Below are positions 1 to 8,824 of a DNA stretch of 54,694 nucleotides, piece by piece. Where the stretch lies: the NCBI GenBank assembly GCA_036405515.1, contig DASWXM010000040.1:1-54694 (forward strand). Reading direction: 5' to 3'. This DNA comes from Candidatus Saccharimonadales bacterium (GTDB taxonomy: Bacteria > Patescibacteriota > Saccharimonadia > Saccharimonadales > Saccharimonadaceae). The notes under the pieces were generated by a model. It saw only the letters and a program-made list of their open reading frames with translations, made no database searches and was not told where the DNA came from. The first letter of the stretch is position 1. Each line of letters begins with the position of its first letter. The position numbers and the translations under genes were made by a program.

Positions 1-363
1 CTGGATGATCAAACTATGCTTCAAACAACGCTTGTTGGACTGTCACTTGGGAAAGTGGCTGTTACTGAAGATGATTTTGCTAAGCATGCGGAAACCGCCA
101 GTAGTATAGATGAGGAGTTAAAAGAGATGTCTCTAGGCGCGGAGAGTCGTCCATTATTGACTAGTGCCCAAGATGTGGTTAGTAAGATTAGTAAAGCATG
201 GCAAGGCGTCCAGAAAGCCGATAAGGCCAAAAATCGAAAGCAATACGAAGCGGCTATTGATGCGCTTGATCAGGCATATCACGAGCTAGGTGCTGTGTCG
301 AAGCAAGCAGCAACATCTTACACTGCATTACTTACTGATCTTGAGAAGACCTTGCCACAGTAA
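1..363 (+). CDS. hypothetical protein, C-terminal fragment (5' end upstream of window)
   Basis: The frame is open from base 1 to TAA at 361-363. The sequence is helical and Ala/Lys/Glu-rich with no motif I recognise. A clean intrinsic terminator follows. Confidence 0.5.
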   Translation: MDDQTMLQTTLVGLSLGKVAVTEDDFAKHAETASSIDEELKEMSLGAESRPLLTSAQDVVSKISKAWQGVQKADKAKNRKQYEAAIDALDQAYHELGAVSKQAATSYTALLTDLEKTLPQ

Positions 364-388
364 GTCTGCATTAATATTAGTATAGAAA

Positions 389-424
389 AACGACCCGTCT
401 CGCAGATCGGGTCGTTATTTTGTT
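389..424 (+). terminator. intrinsic terminator
   Basis: Stem AACGACCCG (389-397) pairs with CGGGTCGTT (408-416), followed by ATTTTGTT. Confidence 0.75.
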
Positions 425-537
425 CGAAACTAATTTGGTTCCAAACAGGTGCCAGTTCAAATGAACTGTATCTATGATATACCACCGTATGCATAAGTGC
501 AATACTTTTTATATAATAAAAACGTATATGGTAAATG

Positions 538-566
538 TTGACAAAACTCAAGCAGTATGCTAATAT
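538..566 (+). promoter_or_regulatory. sigma-70-type promoter for the KGG stress gene
   Basis: TTGACA 538-543, a 17-nt spacer ending in TGC, then TAATAT 561-566. The same TTGACAAAACT...TATGCTA layout recurs at 9866. Confidence 0.6.
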
Positions 567-605
567 AAAAACATAGCACACCACATGTGCGAGGTAAATG
601 AGAGG

Positions 606-639
606 GTTTTCCGGCGAAAAATCGCGTGGAAAACTTTTT
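606..639 (+). promoter_or_regulatory. terminator-like hairpin inside a 5' leader (possible attenuator)
   Basis: GTTTTCC-GGCGA-AAAA-TCGC-GT-GGAAAAC followed by TTTTT. It lies between the predicted -10 (561-566) and the SD GGAGG (646-650). Confidence 0.45.
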
Positions 640-659
640 AATATCGGAGGAAAACGATA

Positions 660-875
660 ATGGCAGGAACCAAAGCAGGCGGCCTCAAGGCTGCAGCAAA
701 GAACAAAGCAAAAGATCCAAACTTCTACGCGAAGATTGGTGCAAAAGGTGGCCGTCTTGGCCGTACCGGTGGCTTTGCCGCTAATCCAGAGCTTGCACGT
801 GTTGCAGGTGCAAAAGGTGGCCGTATTTCACGCCGCCGCAAGACTACAAAGCAGGATGTTACTCTCGCTGCGTAA
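660..875 (+). CDS. KGG-repeat general stress protein (GsiB/con-10-like)
   Basis: Repeated GAKGG/KGG motifs (AKIGAKGGRLGRTGG, VAGAKGGRISRR). Small and basic, with SD GGAGG upstream. Confidence 0.75.
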   Translation: MAGTKAGGLKAAAKNKAKDPNFYAKIGAKGGRLGRTGGFAANPELARVAGAKGGRISRRRKTTKQDVTLAA

Positions 876-894
876 TCAAATCTAACCTAAAAAT

Positions 895-920
895 ACCCCG
901 TATCTACGGGGTGTTTTTTT
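895..920. terminator. intrinsic terminator between convergent genes
   Basis: ACCCCG (895-900) pairs with CGGGGT (907-912), followed by TTTTTTT. It overlaps the 3' end of the minus-strand gene. Confidence 0.7.
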
Positions 921-1374
921 GTATATAGCGGCGCAAGGCGCAACCGATAGCGGTATTGACCTTCCATTTTGTCTGACAGATAAGACAGGTGTATTCATGG
1001 GCAGCCGACTGTACACCATTTTGTTTGCAGTGCGGACAAAGGCTCCTAGAGTGAAGCCAGTCGCGATAGGTGTCTAGATCGTCTTCAACGATATCGGAAG
1101 TAATATGAAGTGAGAAGCGAGGTGAAAGGACAGTTTTTGCATGGTGCCAGGCATCTCGCTCAATTTGTAGTAGTTCGATATCTGTTTCGTAGATGGTGTG
1201 CTGTAGTTCGGCGTGACCGACTTCGTGGAGGATGCGTGCAGTAAAAAGCGGATCATCTGGGTTGTAAGTAATAACCCGGTCGGTCGGATTCCATACAAAA
1301 TCGTCACCAGCTTCGAGCCGGATTGTAGGATAGTATTGTGTGATGGTATCAACGATTGAGGCTGTCGATTGCAT
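904..1374 (-). CDS. HExxH metallopeptidase-like protein with C-terminal zinc ribbon (ImmA/IrrE-like motif)
   Basis: The motif ILHEVGHAELQH, plus CPHC...CLIC. The start is taken at the internal Met (MQSTAS) because the longer ORF runs deep into the ROK gene, so the start is uncertain. Confidence 0.5.
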   Translation of the reverse strand: MQSTASIVDTITQYYPTIRLEAGDDFVWNPTDRVITYNPDDPLFTARILHEVGHAELQHTIYETDIELLQIERDAWHHAKTVLSPRFSLHITSDIVEDDLDTYRDWLHSRSLCPHCKQNGVQSAAHEYTCLICQTKWKVNTAIGCALRRYIQKNTP

Positions 1375-2161
1375 GGTAGTAACATCCGTATATGACTGCT
1401 TCTTCGGGGTGTCTTGCTTGGACAATTTTTGGTCGCCTGACGGTTGTCGGTAGTCGTTCCTCAATCATTCCTGAGAGCAATTCACCGTATTTTTCAAAGT
1501 GTGTTCCCATGCTGCCGCCAATGATGATTATCTCGGGGCGGAGTAAGGGAATGAGCGCTAGGAAACCGCGGCTAAATCGATCAGTAATTTGCCGCCAGGT
1601 CCGTTTCGAGGTAATCTCACTACCGTACTTTTTGTAGACGGTATAAATAGCCTTTCCAGAAGCGAAATGTTCCCATTCCTGAAGTACCCCATCAAATTCC
1701 AGTACCATATGGCCTCCTTCGGCTACGGCAAGCGTCTTGTCGATATTGCCGCCCGAGATAAAGCCGGTGCCGATACCAGTACTGATGGTGATATATAGTG
1801 CACGTGTAGGAAGCGGGCTCATGGTACGCACCTCGCCAAGTCCGCCAAGCTTTGCATCGTTACCTGCGATCACTTTTGTGCCGGGAAAAAGTGGTGAAAG
1901 TTCGGCAACAACATCAAAATTCTTCCATGGAAGGTTGGAAAATTGTGCAACAAAGCTGCCTTCGCCAATGTCGGGGAGGGCAACCGAGATACATTCTAGT
2001 TGTTTTTTGTCGGTCAGTTTGCCGATAAAGTGAACAAGCTGCTCAAGATATTCGTATTGATCTGTCGGGGTGGGAAATTTAATGTGCTTTTCAAGCGTGC
2101 CGCGCTTTGAAAAACGCGCGACCAGTGTTTTTGTACCCCCGGTGTCAATCGCTATGATCAT
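1349..2161 (-). CDS. ROK family sugar kinase (possible glucokinase)
   Basis: N-terminal IAIDTGGTK ATPase motif, GNDAKLGGLGE, and ROK-like length and layout. Confidence 0.75.
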   Translation of the reverse strand: MIIAIDTGGTKTLVARFSKRGTLEKHIKFPTPTDQYEYLEQLVHFIGKLTDKKQLECISVALPDIGEGSFVAQFSNLPWKNFDVVAELSPLFPGTKVIAGNDAKLGGLGEVRTMSPLPTRALYITISTGIGTGFISGGNIDKTLAVAEGGHMVLEFDGVLQEWEHFASGKAIYTVYKKYGSEITSKRTWRQITDRFSRGFLALIPLLRPEIIIIGGSMGTHFEKYGELLSGMIEERLPTTVRRPKIVQARHPEEAVIYGCYYHAIDSLNR

Positions 2162-2257
2162 TAACTATGAGTGTAGCATATTTGGAGGGTCTGTCGTAAC
2201 TTGCTGTTTGGGTGATAAATTGGTATAGTATAGTAAAGCATAATATAGAGGTGTGAA

Positions 2258-2692
2258 ATGAATGCGAGAGTGAAGCAGCAAGGTGGATGGGCTGGTAGTT
2301 TTGTGATAATCGGTATTGTATTAGCGCTACTGCTCCTTGGCGGTGTCTATTTTCTGAAGTCAAATGAGATGGGCGACATGCTTGCAACTGACACGAACTC
2401 TTCTTCACGAGATGAAGCTACTCACGATCAGGAAGATCAGAGCACTAAGTCTGAGGATCAGGCCAAGCAGGAAGATAGTGCAAGTACTAAAACTCAAGAA
2501 AACACGAAGGATGCAGAAGAGAAAGCTGCTGACACTGCGGCAAAACCCCATGAGGAGACGGAGTCTGACGACGCTCACACCGAACTTCCACAGACGGGTC
2601 CAGCCGACACTGCGGCATCTTTGACAGTATTTGCTATTCTCACGTACAGCGTGGCTGCGTATATCCGTTCACGCGGGCGTCTGACACTTTGA
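2258..2692 (+). CDS. LPXTG-anchored acidic low-complexity surface protein
   Basis: An N-terminal hydrophobic segment and an E/D/K/T-rich middle. The C-terminus has LPQTG, a hydrophobic helix and an RSRGR tail, which is a sortase sorting signal. Confidence 0.7.
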   Translation: MNARVKQQGGWAGSFVIIGIVLALLLLGGVYFLKSNEMGDMLATDTNSSSRDEATHDQEDQSTKSEDQAKQEDSASTKTQENTKDAEEKAADTAAKPHEETESDDAHTELPQTGPADTAASLTVFAILTYSVAAYIRSRGRLTL

Positions 2693-2805
2693 CTTCTCTT
2701 GTCGAGAGGTGTATAATTGACCACTAGTGACACGAGTAGAGCGAGGAGTCCTTTCAGCGCTCTCACTCTGTTTCAATAGCAACTAAGAAAAGGAGCAAAT
2801 TAGCT

Positions 2806-3879
2806 ATGGCAGCATCTGCCTCAATTACAATGGATGACCTACTTTCAGGTCAGGGTAATTCACAACAACTTATTATCGGTGAGCCAGTAACTGGTACCGT
2901 ACTTTCAGTCAAGAAGCATGAAGTACTGGTTGATCTCGGTCCACTTGGTGTTGGGCTTGTACCTCGCCGCGAAGTCGGATTTTCACGCAGCCTCAATGAG
3001 GGTGATGAGGTAACCGCAAGTGTTATCGATACTGAGCTCGATAGCGGTATGTCACTTCTCAGTCTTCGTAAAGCCGCTAAAGAACGCGGTTGGGAAGAAG
3101 TACTCGCTAAGCTTGAAGCTGGTGAGATTATCGAGATTACTCCATATGACGCAAACCGCGGTGGTCTGCTTGTCGAATATGAAGGTGTCCGTGGATTCCT
3201 CCCGGTATCGCAGCTGTCTGCCGAGCACTACCCACGCGTAGGTTCTAGCGACAAAGATGAAATCTTGCAGCGTCTGAACGCACTCACAAACAATCCAATG
3301 AAGGTACGTATCCTCGATGCGGACCGCAAAGCAAACAAGCTTATCTTCTCAGAAAAAGAAGCAGTCAAAGACGGCCTCGCCGCTCGTTTCCAAAGCCTCA
3401 AGGTCGGTGATACCGTAAAGGGTGTTGTAACTGGTGTCGTTGACTTCGGTGTCTTCGTGAATGTTGACGGTATCGAAGGTCTCATCCATATTTCAGAAAT
3501 TAGCTGGGAGCGTGTTTCGAGTCCAAGCGACTACGTAAAGGTTGGTCAGACAATCGAAGCAAGGATCATTTCTATCGACAAAGATCGTCTCTCGCTTAGT
3601 ATGAAGCAGCTTACGCAGGACCCATGGCTTGATGAGGTTGAAAAGTTTAAGTCTGGCGATAAGGTAGAAGGCACAGTAACTCGCATTACGCCATTTGGTG
3701 CTTTCGTACAGATTAGCCCTGCAGTTGAAGCACTCGTACATATCTCAGAACTTGGTGGTGGTAACGATGTAGATCCTGAGAAAGTATTCACTCTTAACGA
3801 GCGTAAAGAATTTACTGTTCTCGAAGTCGACAAAGATAACCGCAAGATTTCTCTCAGCCTGACTGACAAGAAGAAATAA
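2806..3879 (+). CDS. rpsA: 30S ribosomal protein S1 (short, four S1 domains)
   Basis: Four repeated S1 OB-fold units (G.V..V...G..V.L....G..H.SE). SD AAAGGAG upstream. Confidence 0.9.
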   Translation: MAASASITMDDLLSGQGNSQQLIIGEPVTGTVLSVKKHEVLVDLGPLGVGLVPRREVGFSRSLNEGDEVTASVIDTELDSGMSLLSLRKAAKERGWEEVLAKLEAGEIIEITPYDANRGGLLVEYEGVRGFLPVSQLSAEHYPRVGSSDKDEILQRLNALTNNPMKVRILDADRKANKLIFSEKEAVKDGLAARFQSLKVGDTVKGVVTGVVDFGVFVNVDGIEGLIHISEISWERVSSPSDYVKVGQTIEARIISIDKDRLSLSMKQLTQDPWLDEVEKFKSGDKVEGTVTRITPFGAFVQISPAVEALVHISELGGGNDVDPEKVFTLNERKEFTVLEVDKDNRKISLSLTDKKK

Positions 3880-3931
3880 CCTATGTAAATAACTAAAGCC
3901 GATATCAAAGCCGGCGAAAGGAGCAGCTACT

Positions 3932-5710
3932 ATGGCAGAAGCCCCAGAGAAAATTGTCACCATTGCCGGCTCTATTACGGTAGGAGAACTAGCAGAGACG
4001 CTTAACCTCCCCGTAACGACGCTTATCGGTGAGTTGTTTAAAAACGGTATCGCTGCCACGATCAATCAGCGGATTGATTTTGAGACCGCATCGATTATTG
4101 TCGAAGAGCTCGGACTTGATGTTGAGCTTCAAAAGAAAGATGAGTCTGCAACGCCTGAGAAAAAGGTTCGCGTTGTCTCTGATGCAGCCACTGAACGTCC
4201 ACCGATTGTAGCGGTTATGGGGCATGTCGATCATGGTAAAACGAGCTTGCTCGATGCTATTCTCGGTCAGAAGGTGGTCGAGGGCGAGGCTGGCGGTATT
4301 ACGCAACATATCTCGGCATATCAGGCGGAGCATGCTGGACGTGTAATGACATTGCTTGATACACCAGGCCACGAGGCCTTTGCGGCACTACGCCAACACG
4401 GTGCGACGCTAACGGATGTGGTCGTGATTGTTGTTGCCGCTGATGACGGTGTGAAGCCGCAGACAATTGAGGCGATTCGCTTTGCTAATGAAGCCAATGC
4501 GAAGATTGTCGTCGCTATTAATAAGATTGATAAAGAAACTGCCAATCCCCAGCTTGTAAAGACGCAGCTTGCAACTGAACATAAACTGAACCCAGAAGAA
4601 TGGGGTGGTGACACGATTATGATTGAAGTAAGCGCCAAGACCGGTCAGGGAATTGATAAGCTTCTTGAGAACGTGCTCTTAGTGGCTGATCTTGAAGAGC
4701 TTAAGGCTGACGCGGACGTACCTGCCGAAGGGCTTGTCATTGAAGCACACATGGAAACAGGTCGCGGCTCAGTCGTTGGTCTACTCGTAGAGCAGGGTAC
4801 GCTCAAGCCGGGCCATTATCTTGTAGCTGGAACTTCGTACGGTAAGGTCCGGACACTGCTTGATTTTGCCGGCAAGGCGATGAAAGAAGCCGGTCCCTCA
4901 ACTCCTGTAACAGTGACTGGATTTAAAGAATTACCACAGTTCGGAGATACATTTGGTATCGTTAAAAATGAAAAGGAAGCCCGTCAGGCAACTGTTGCAG
5001 CACGTATAGAACGTGAAAAAGCGGCTGCAAGCACTAATGTGACGAGTGCAGATATTTTGAAGTTGATGAGCCAGGATCGTGAAGCAGCACAGTTCAACGT
5101 AATCATTAAAGCTGACGTACAGGGCTCGCTCACTTCTGTAATTGATAGCTTAAAATTGATCGATACCGAAGGTCAGGTGACACTTCGGATTGTCGGTAGT
5201 GGTGTTGGTAATATCTCTGAGAATGATGTTCATCTGGCTGCAAATGAAAATACGGTGATTTATGGATTTAATGTAGATCTACCTCCTGCTGTAAAGCGTC
5301 AGGCGACTCGTGACAAGATTCCAGTCCGTATTTATAAGGTAATTTACGAGCTGCTTGATGATGCGAAGCACTCGATGGAAGAGCTACTTGCTCCAGAGGT
5401 TGTTGAAACTGAAGTTGGTGCTCTGACGATCAAGGGTGTATTCCGTACTTTGAAGGATGAAGTAATCGCTGGCGGTGAAGTAACCAAGGGTAAGGCAGTT
5501 GCAGGTATTACGGCACGTGTAAAGCGTGGCGGTGAGCAAATTGCCGAAGTGGAAGTTTCTAAGGTGCAGCGCCAGCAGGTAGAAGCAAAGGAAGTCTTCG
5601 AGGGTGAAATGTGTGGGCTATCTCTGAAGACTAGCAAGAAGCTACTTCTTGAAGAGGGTGATACACTTGAATTCTTTACCCGTGAAATTGTAAAGCGAAC
5701 GCTCGCGTAA
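3932..5710 (+). CDS. infB: translation initiation factor IF-2 (short N-terminus)
   Basis: G-domain motifs GHVDHGKTSLLD, DTPGH and NKID, with an IF-2 C-terminal region. Confidence 0.95.
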   Translation: MAEAPEKIVTIAGSITVGELAETLNLPVTTLIGELFKNGIAATINQRIDFETASIIVEELGLDVELQKKDESATPEKKVRVVSDAATERPPIVAVMGHVDHGKTSLLDAILGQKVVEGEAGGITQHISAYQAEHAGRVMTLLDTPGHEAFAALRQHGATLTDVVVIVVAADDGVKPQTIEAIRFANEANAKIVVAINKIDKETANPQLVKTQLATEHKLNPEEWGGDTIMIEVSAKTGQGIDKLLENVLLVADLEELKADADVPAEGLVIEAHMETGRGSVVGLLVEQGTLKPGHYLVAGTSYGKVRTLLDFAGKAMKEAGPSTPVTVTGFKELPQFGDTFGIVKNEKEARQATVAARIEREKAAASTNVTSADILKLMSQDREAAQFNVIIKADVQGSLTSVIDSLKLIDTEGQVTLRIVGSGVGNISENDVHLAANENTVIYGFNVDLPPAVKRQATRDKIPVRIYKVIYELLDDAKHSMEELLAPEVVETEVGALTIKGVFRTLKDEVIAGGEVTKGKAVAGITARVKRGGEQIAEVEVSKVQRQQVEAKEVFEGEMCGLSLKTSKKLLLEEGDTLEFFTREIVKRTLA

Positions 5711-5721
5711 GATGAAACAAA

Positions 5722-5750
5722 AATTCCCTTCGATCGAAGGGAATTTTTTG
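5722..5750. terminator. bidirectional intrinsic terminator
   Basis: AATTCCCTT (5722-5730) pairs with AAGGGAATT (5737-5745). It is flanked by an A-run and a T-run and lies between convergent infB and the 5768 gene. Confidence 0.8.
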
Positions 5751-5767
5751 TGGTAAACAGGTGATAC

Positions 5768-6082
5768 TTACGGTGCCTCGGTAATATTGTCGGTATTCTC
5801 AACGAGCTCACCTAAAAGAATGTCAATTTCGTCTTGTGTGATTTGTTGCAGTTCTGGAATATTCGTATCGAGCCACGCACCAACTTCTTCGTCGGTTGCT
5901 TTTTCCTGTAGGTCGATTAGCTCTTTGAGTTTGTCGTCATCGAGCGATTCGGTGAGTTCGGTACCAACACGTTCTTCGAGTGTTGCATTGAGGTGGTCGA
6001 GTAGGGAAGTCTCATCTTGGTCACCAAGCTCAATACCGAATTTGTCGAGCAGCTCTTTGGTGATAAGTGGTTGATCATTCAT
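5768..6082 (-). CDS. DUF5663-like small acidic protein
   Basis: Shares the layout L..LG...L.ED....LL.H....LE.RVGT.L...L.D..L.E of the paralogue at 11649-12134. Confidence 0.65.
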   Translation of the reverse strand: MNDQPLITKELLDKFGIELGDQDETSLLDHLNATLEERVGTELTESLDDDKLKELIDLQEKATDEEVGAWLDTNIPELQQITQDEIDILLGELVENTDNITEAP

Positions 6083-6138
6083 GGGTGTGTTCCTTTTTAT
6101 TTTTAACGAAGTATCTTTATAGTATATAAGACGTTCGA

Positions 6139-7065
6139 CTATTTGTGTGCAGCAATCGCATCACGGTAGGTCGCAAGCGCTTGTCGACCGGCCGATCGGT
6201 AGATGCGGGCTTTACGCTTAGCTCGCTCTTTAGTCTCGACAAGGCCTTCTTTAACGTATCCATTGTACTCTTTGAGACCGGTTTTAAGGTTTGTCCACTT
6301 TCGGTGGCGTGCTTGTTTGCGGACAAGTGCTGCATCTTTGCGTTTCTTTACGCGATCGAACTTTTCGTTCATTTTCAGCGCATTTTCATGCTGTTCGTCA
6401 CGCTTGCGATTCTCTACAAGCGCCTCTTTGTGCATCTTATTCGCTTCAAGGTTCTGTTTAATCGTTTCGATCTTCGTACCAGTAGCGTCCATACCAGATT
6501 CAACCTTTTTCATGCCTGCTATAAAACCGTCGCCGACTTTCTCACCAAATTTGGCAGTACCGGTTTTTGCCGCTTCTGCAGTTTTCTTGACGCCACGCCC
6601 GGCTACCTCTGCGCTAGCAAGACCGATGCCGAGTGTGATTTCACCAACACCTTTTAGGTGGGCAATGACAGAGCGACCGAATCCGCGAACTTTTTCCGTA
6701 CCCTTTTCGATCATTTTTTCGCGGTCTTCCCGACGCCATTCGCGTTCAATAGCCATTTCCGCAGTTGCTTTTGCCATAGGCGTAGCTTCAGTTGAGTCGG
6801 CTACGTTTGCCAGATGACTGATATATCCGTCATAGTCACGAGCTCGATACTCCTTTAGGGCTTTGCCATGAGCTCTGCTGGTAGCAAATTTATTGATGCG
6901 GTTAACCGCACGGTCTAGAAGACTTGCTTGAGTCGGAAGCTCGTATTGTTGATCAATAGATAGATTGTTTGATTCCGAGTCTTGAGCATTAAACATCTCC
7001 TGAAGAGTTGCCGTATCGGGAGTGTCGTTTTCTTGCGACTCTGGTCGGTTGAGGAGTTCTGTCAT
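6139..7065 (-). CDS. hypothetical coiled-coil protein with a central Gly/Ala-rich hydrophobic segment
   Basis: K/E/R-rich sequence with a GVGEITLGIGLASAEVAG segment. The start is set at MTELL (7065), which has AAGGAA upstream. The longer ORF start at 7140 lacks an SD. Confidence 0.6.
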   Translation of the reverse strand: MTELLNRPESQENDTPDTATLQEMFNAQDSESNNLSIDQQYELPTQASLLDRAVNRINKFATSRAHGKALKEYRARDYDGYISHLANVADSTEATPMAKATAEMAIEREWRREDREKMIEKGTEKVRGFGRSVIAHLKGVGEITLGIGLASAEVAGRGVKKTAEAAKTGTAKFGEKVGDGFIAGMKKVESGMDATGTKIETIKQNLEANKMHKEALVENRKRDEQHENALKMNEKFDRVKKRKDAALVRKQARHRKWTNLKTGLKEYNGYVKEGLVETKERAKRKARIYRSAGRQALATYRDAIAAHK

Positions 7066-7183
7066 ATTTTTTTGTTCCTTTTGATTTTTATCAACTTTAT
7101 GTCTATTATAATCATAAGCATGATAAAAAGTCAATATCATTTGGGATATTTACAAAATAATACTTTCATTGTAATATTTGTAA

Positions 7184-8083
7184 ATGAAAGAGAATTTTAG
7201 TTTTAATGAGATTATTCAGGCGTATGGAGAAGAGGGGTCTACTGCCGAGGCTTATCCTATTACTACCAGTGCCATCTCATTTCGTGAAATTATCGAAACT
7301 AATAACGAAAAACCCGCAACTACTCCAACATCTGATGACGATACGGTAGATTTATTTGATAATGGTCGTATTGAGCGTCGAGAAAAATTTGATGTAGCTT
7401 CTTATAGTACACCGGCAAGTTACCATACTGAACACACAAATCAGGATGCGCTTCTAGTGAATAGGGAGATAGGCTGCTTTGCGGTTGTTGATGGAATGGG
7501 TGGAGAAGGGGGTGATCCTCGTGAACTAGCGACTGCACTTGCCGCCATTTTGCAAGACGAGTTGACATTTAATGCTCACAACTCACAAGAACTACTCGAT
7601 GGAATGCGCATGGCATTTCGTGAAGCTCGAGTAAAACTCGGTAGTCGTAATTATCTCGATGGCGGTGCAGTAGCTACGGCGATAAAGCTCCAACAAATCG
7701 GAGATGATTTCTTTGTAGGTATTGCACACGCGGGGGATACGCGACTGATGGCTGCCGATCCTACTACAGGTGAGTTTATTGCTTTAACGGAAGATCACGG
7801 TTATGGCAGTACGGTAACGAACGGATTTATACGAGGGATAAACGGAGAAAAAGACGACTTTAACGTATGGAAAGTGATGCCGGGTACTCGGATTATGCTC
7901 TGTTCTGATGGTATAACGGGCGATTGGGGACCGGATAATGCGTATGGTAGGCCCAATCAATTCTTGAGTGATCGAGAATTCAAGGTAGCTTTTACACAGA
8001 ATACACCCGAAGAAAGCATAAAAAAGTTTGTGGAATTTAGTAAAAAAGATGACGATAAGTCGATCATTGTTATTGATATATAA
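7184..8083 (+). CDS. PP2C-family Ser/Thr protein phosphatase
   Basis: Motifs VVDGMGGEGG, GDTRL and LCSDGITG. TAATAT lies 6 nt upstream of the ATG with no SD, so the mRNA is probably leaderless. Confidence 0.85.
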   Translation: MKENFSFNEIIQAYGEEGSTAEAYPITTSAISFREIIETNNEKPATTPTSDDDTVDLFDNGRIERREKFDVASYSTPASYHTEHTNQDALLVNREIGCFAVVDGMGGEGGDPRELATALAAILQDELTFNAHNSQELLDGMRMAFREARVKLGSRNYLDGGAVATAIKLQQIGDDFFVGIAHAGDTRLMAADPTTGEFIALTEDHGYGSTVTNGFIRGINGEKDDFNVWKVMPGTRIMLCSDGITGDWGPDNAYGRPNQFLSDREFKVAFTQNTPEESIKKFVEFSKKDDDKSIIVIDI

Positions 8084-8090
8084 ATAAAAA

Positions 8091-8114
8091 CTCCCTTGAA
8101 AGGGAGGACTTTTC
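8091..8114 (+). terminator. probable intrinsic terminator
   Basis: CTCCCT (8091-8096) pairs with AGGGAG (8101-8106), followed by GACTTTTCG (weak T-run). Confidence 0.5.
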
Positions 8115-8232
8115 GTAAATCTTGAGATGTGGGTTTGCCGCAAGGTGGGGAGTTGGTTGCATGCATGGTTTTGCATGTACCTTTCTCACCCACCTGCGGT
8201 TGAACCTGCAGCTCCCCGAGAGTCGCGAGCAG

Positions 8233-8610
8233 CTAGCGCCGCTCGCGGTGGAGCCCGAAGAGGAAGACAATGGCAGCCGTACCCCCGAGAGGGCTGACCA
8301 GCCACCAGGCACTGCTCTCCTCGAACAGGTCTCCGAGCGCCTTCTTGATGTCGCTGCCGGCGATCATCGCGATGACGAAAGCAGCAATCAGGGCGACGAA
8401 GATGCCGATCGTCAGACCGACTTCGACCGCCGTCTCGAACTGACCGTGAACCACGGCCCAGATGCCCACGAGGGCACCGAGCACCAGAGCAACGACCAGC
8501 ACGAGGCCGGCTGTCGCCCACGTGAGCTCGCCGTTGGCGATAACGATCGCCAAGATGCTGACGATGGTGTTGATGGCGAACACGGTCGCCACGCGGATGA
8601 TGCGCTCCAT
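8233..8610 (-). CDS. small integral membrane protein (about four TM helices), high-GC
   Basis: Hydrophobic helices, GC-rich third positions, and GGAGG 5 nt upstream of the ATG. Confidence 0.7.
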   Translation of the reverse strand: MERIIRVATVFAINTIVSILAIVIANGELTWATAGLVLVVALVLGALVGIWAVVHGQFETAVEVGLTIGIFVALIAAFVIAMIAGSDIKKALGDLFEESSAWWLVSPLGGTAAIVFLFGLHRERR

Positions 8611-8824
8611 AGTGACCTCCTAGGTCGTAGACGGGGAGCTTTGCAGGTTCTCTTGCGGAGAGTTTTCTCTAGTTGGTTTACCAGAGTCTCAGCGCAAGGA
8701 CAAGGAAGTAAAGTTTATTTACTTCACTGTCTCTACGCTTAGAAAAACATGGGATTACCCCGGTGAGACGAGTGACACAGTTGGTTGCTGTGTACGACTC
8801 GCCCCACACGGGGTTCCCATCAGC

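Noticed and set aside
6145-6817. Plus-strand ORFs of 170 and 204 aa antisense to the 6139-7065 gene.
   Set aside because: The minus-strand frame gives a coherent K/E-rich helical protein with an AAGGAA SD. The plus-strand products are Ser/Phe/Arg-rich shadow sequences.
8706-8729. The palindrome GAAGTAAA-GTTTA-TTTACTTC in the island's intergenic region resembles the recJ terminator palindrome AAAAGTAAAG...CTTTACTTTT at 18342-18366, which might suggest a shared repeat family.
   Set aside because: Only the AGTAAA/TTTACT core is shared. Two occurrences of a short AT-rich palindrome are compatible with chance, and each is adequately explained as a local hairpin, terminator or promoter-proximal structure.
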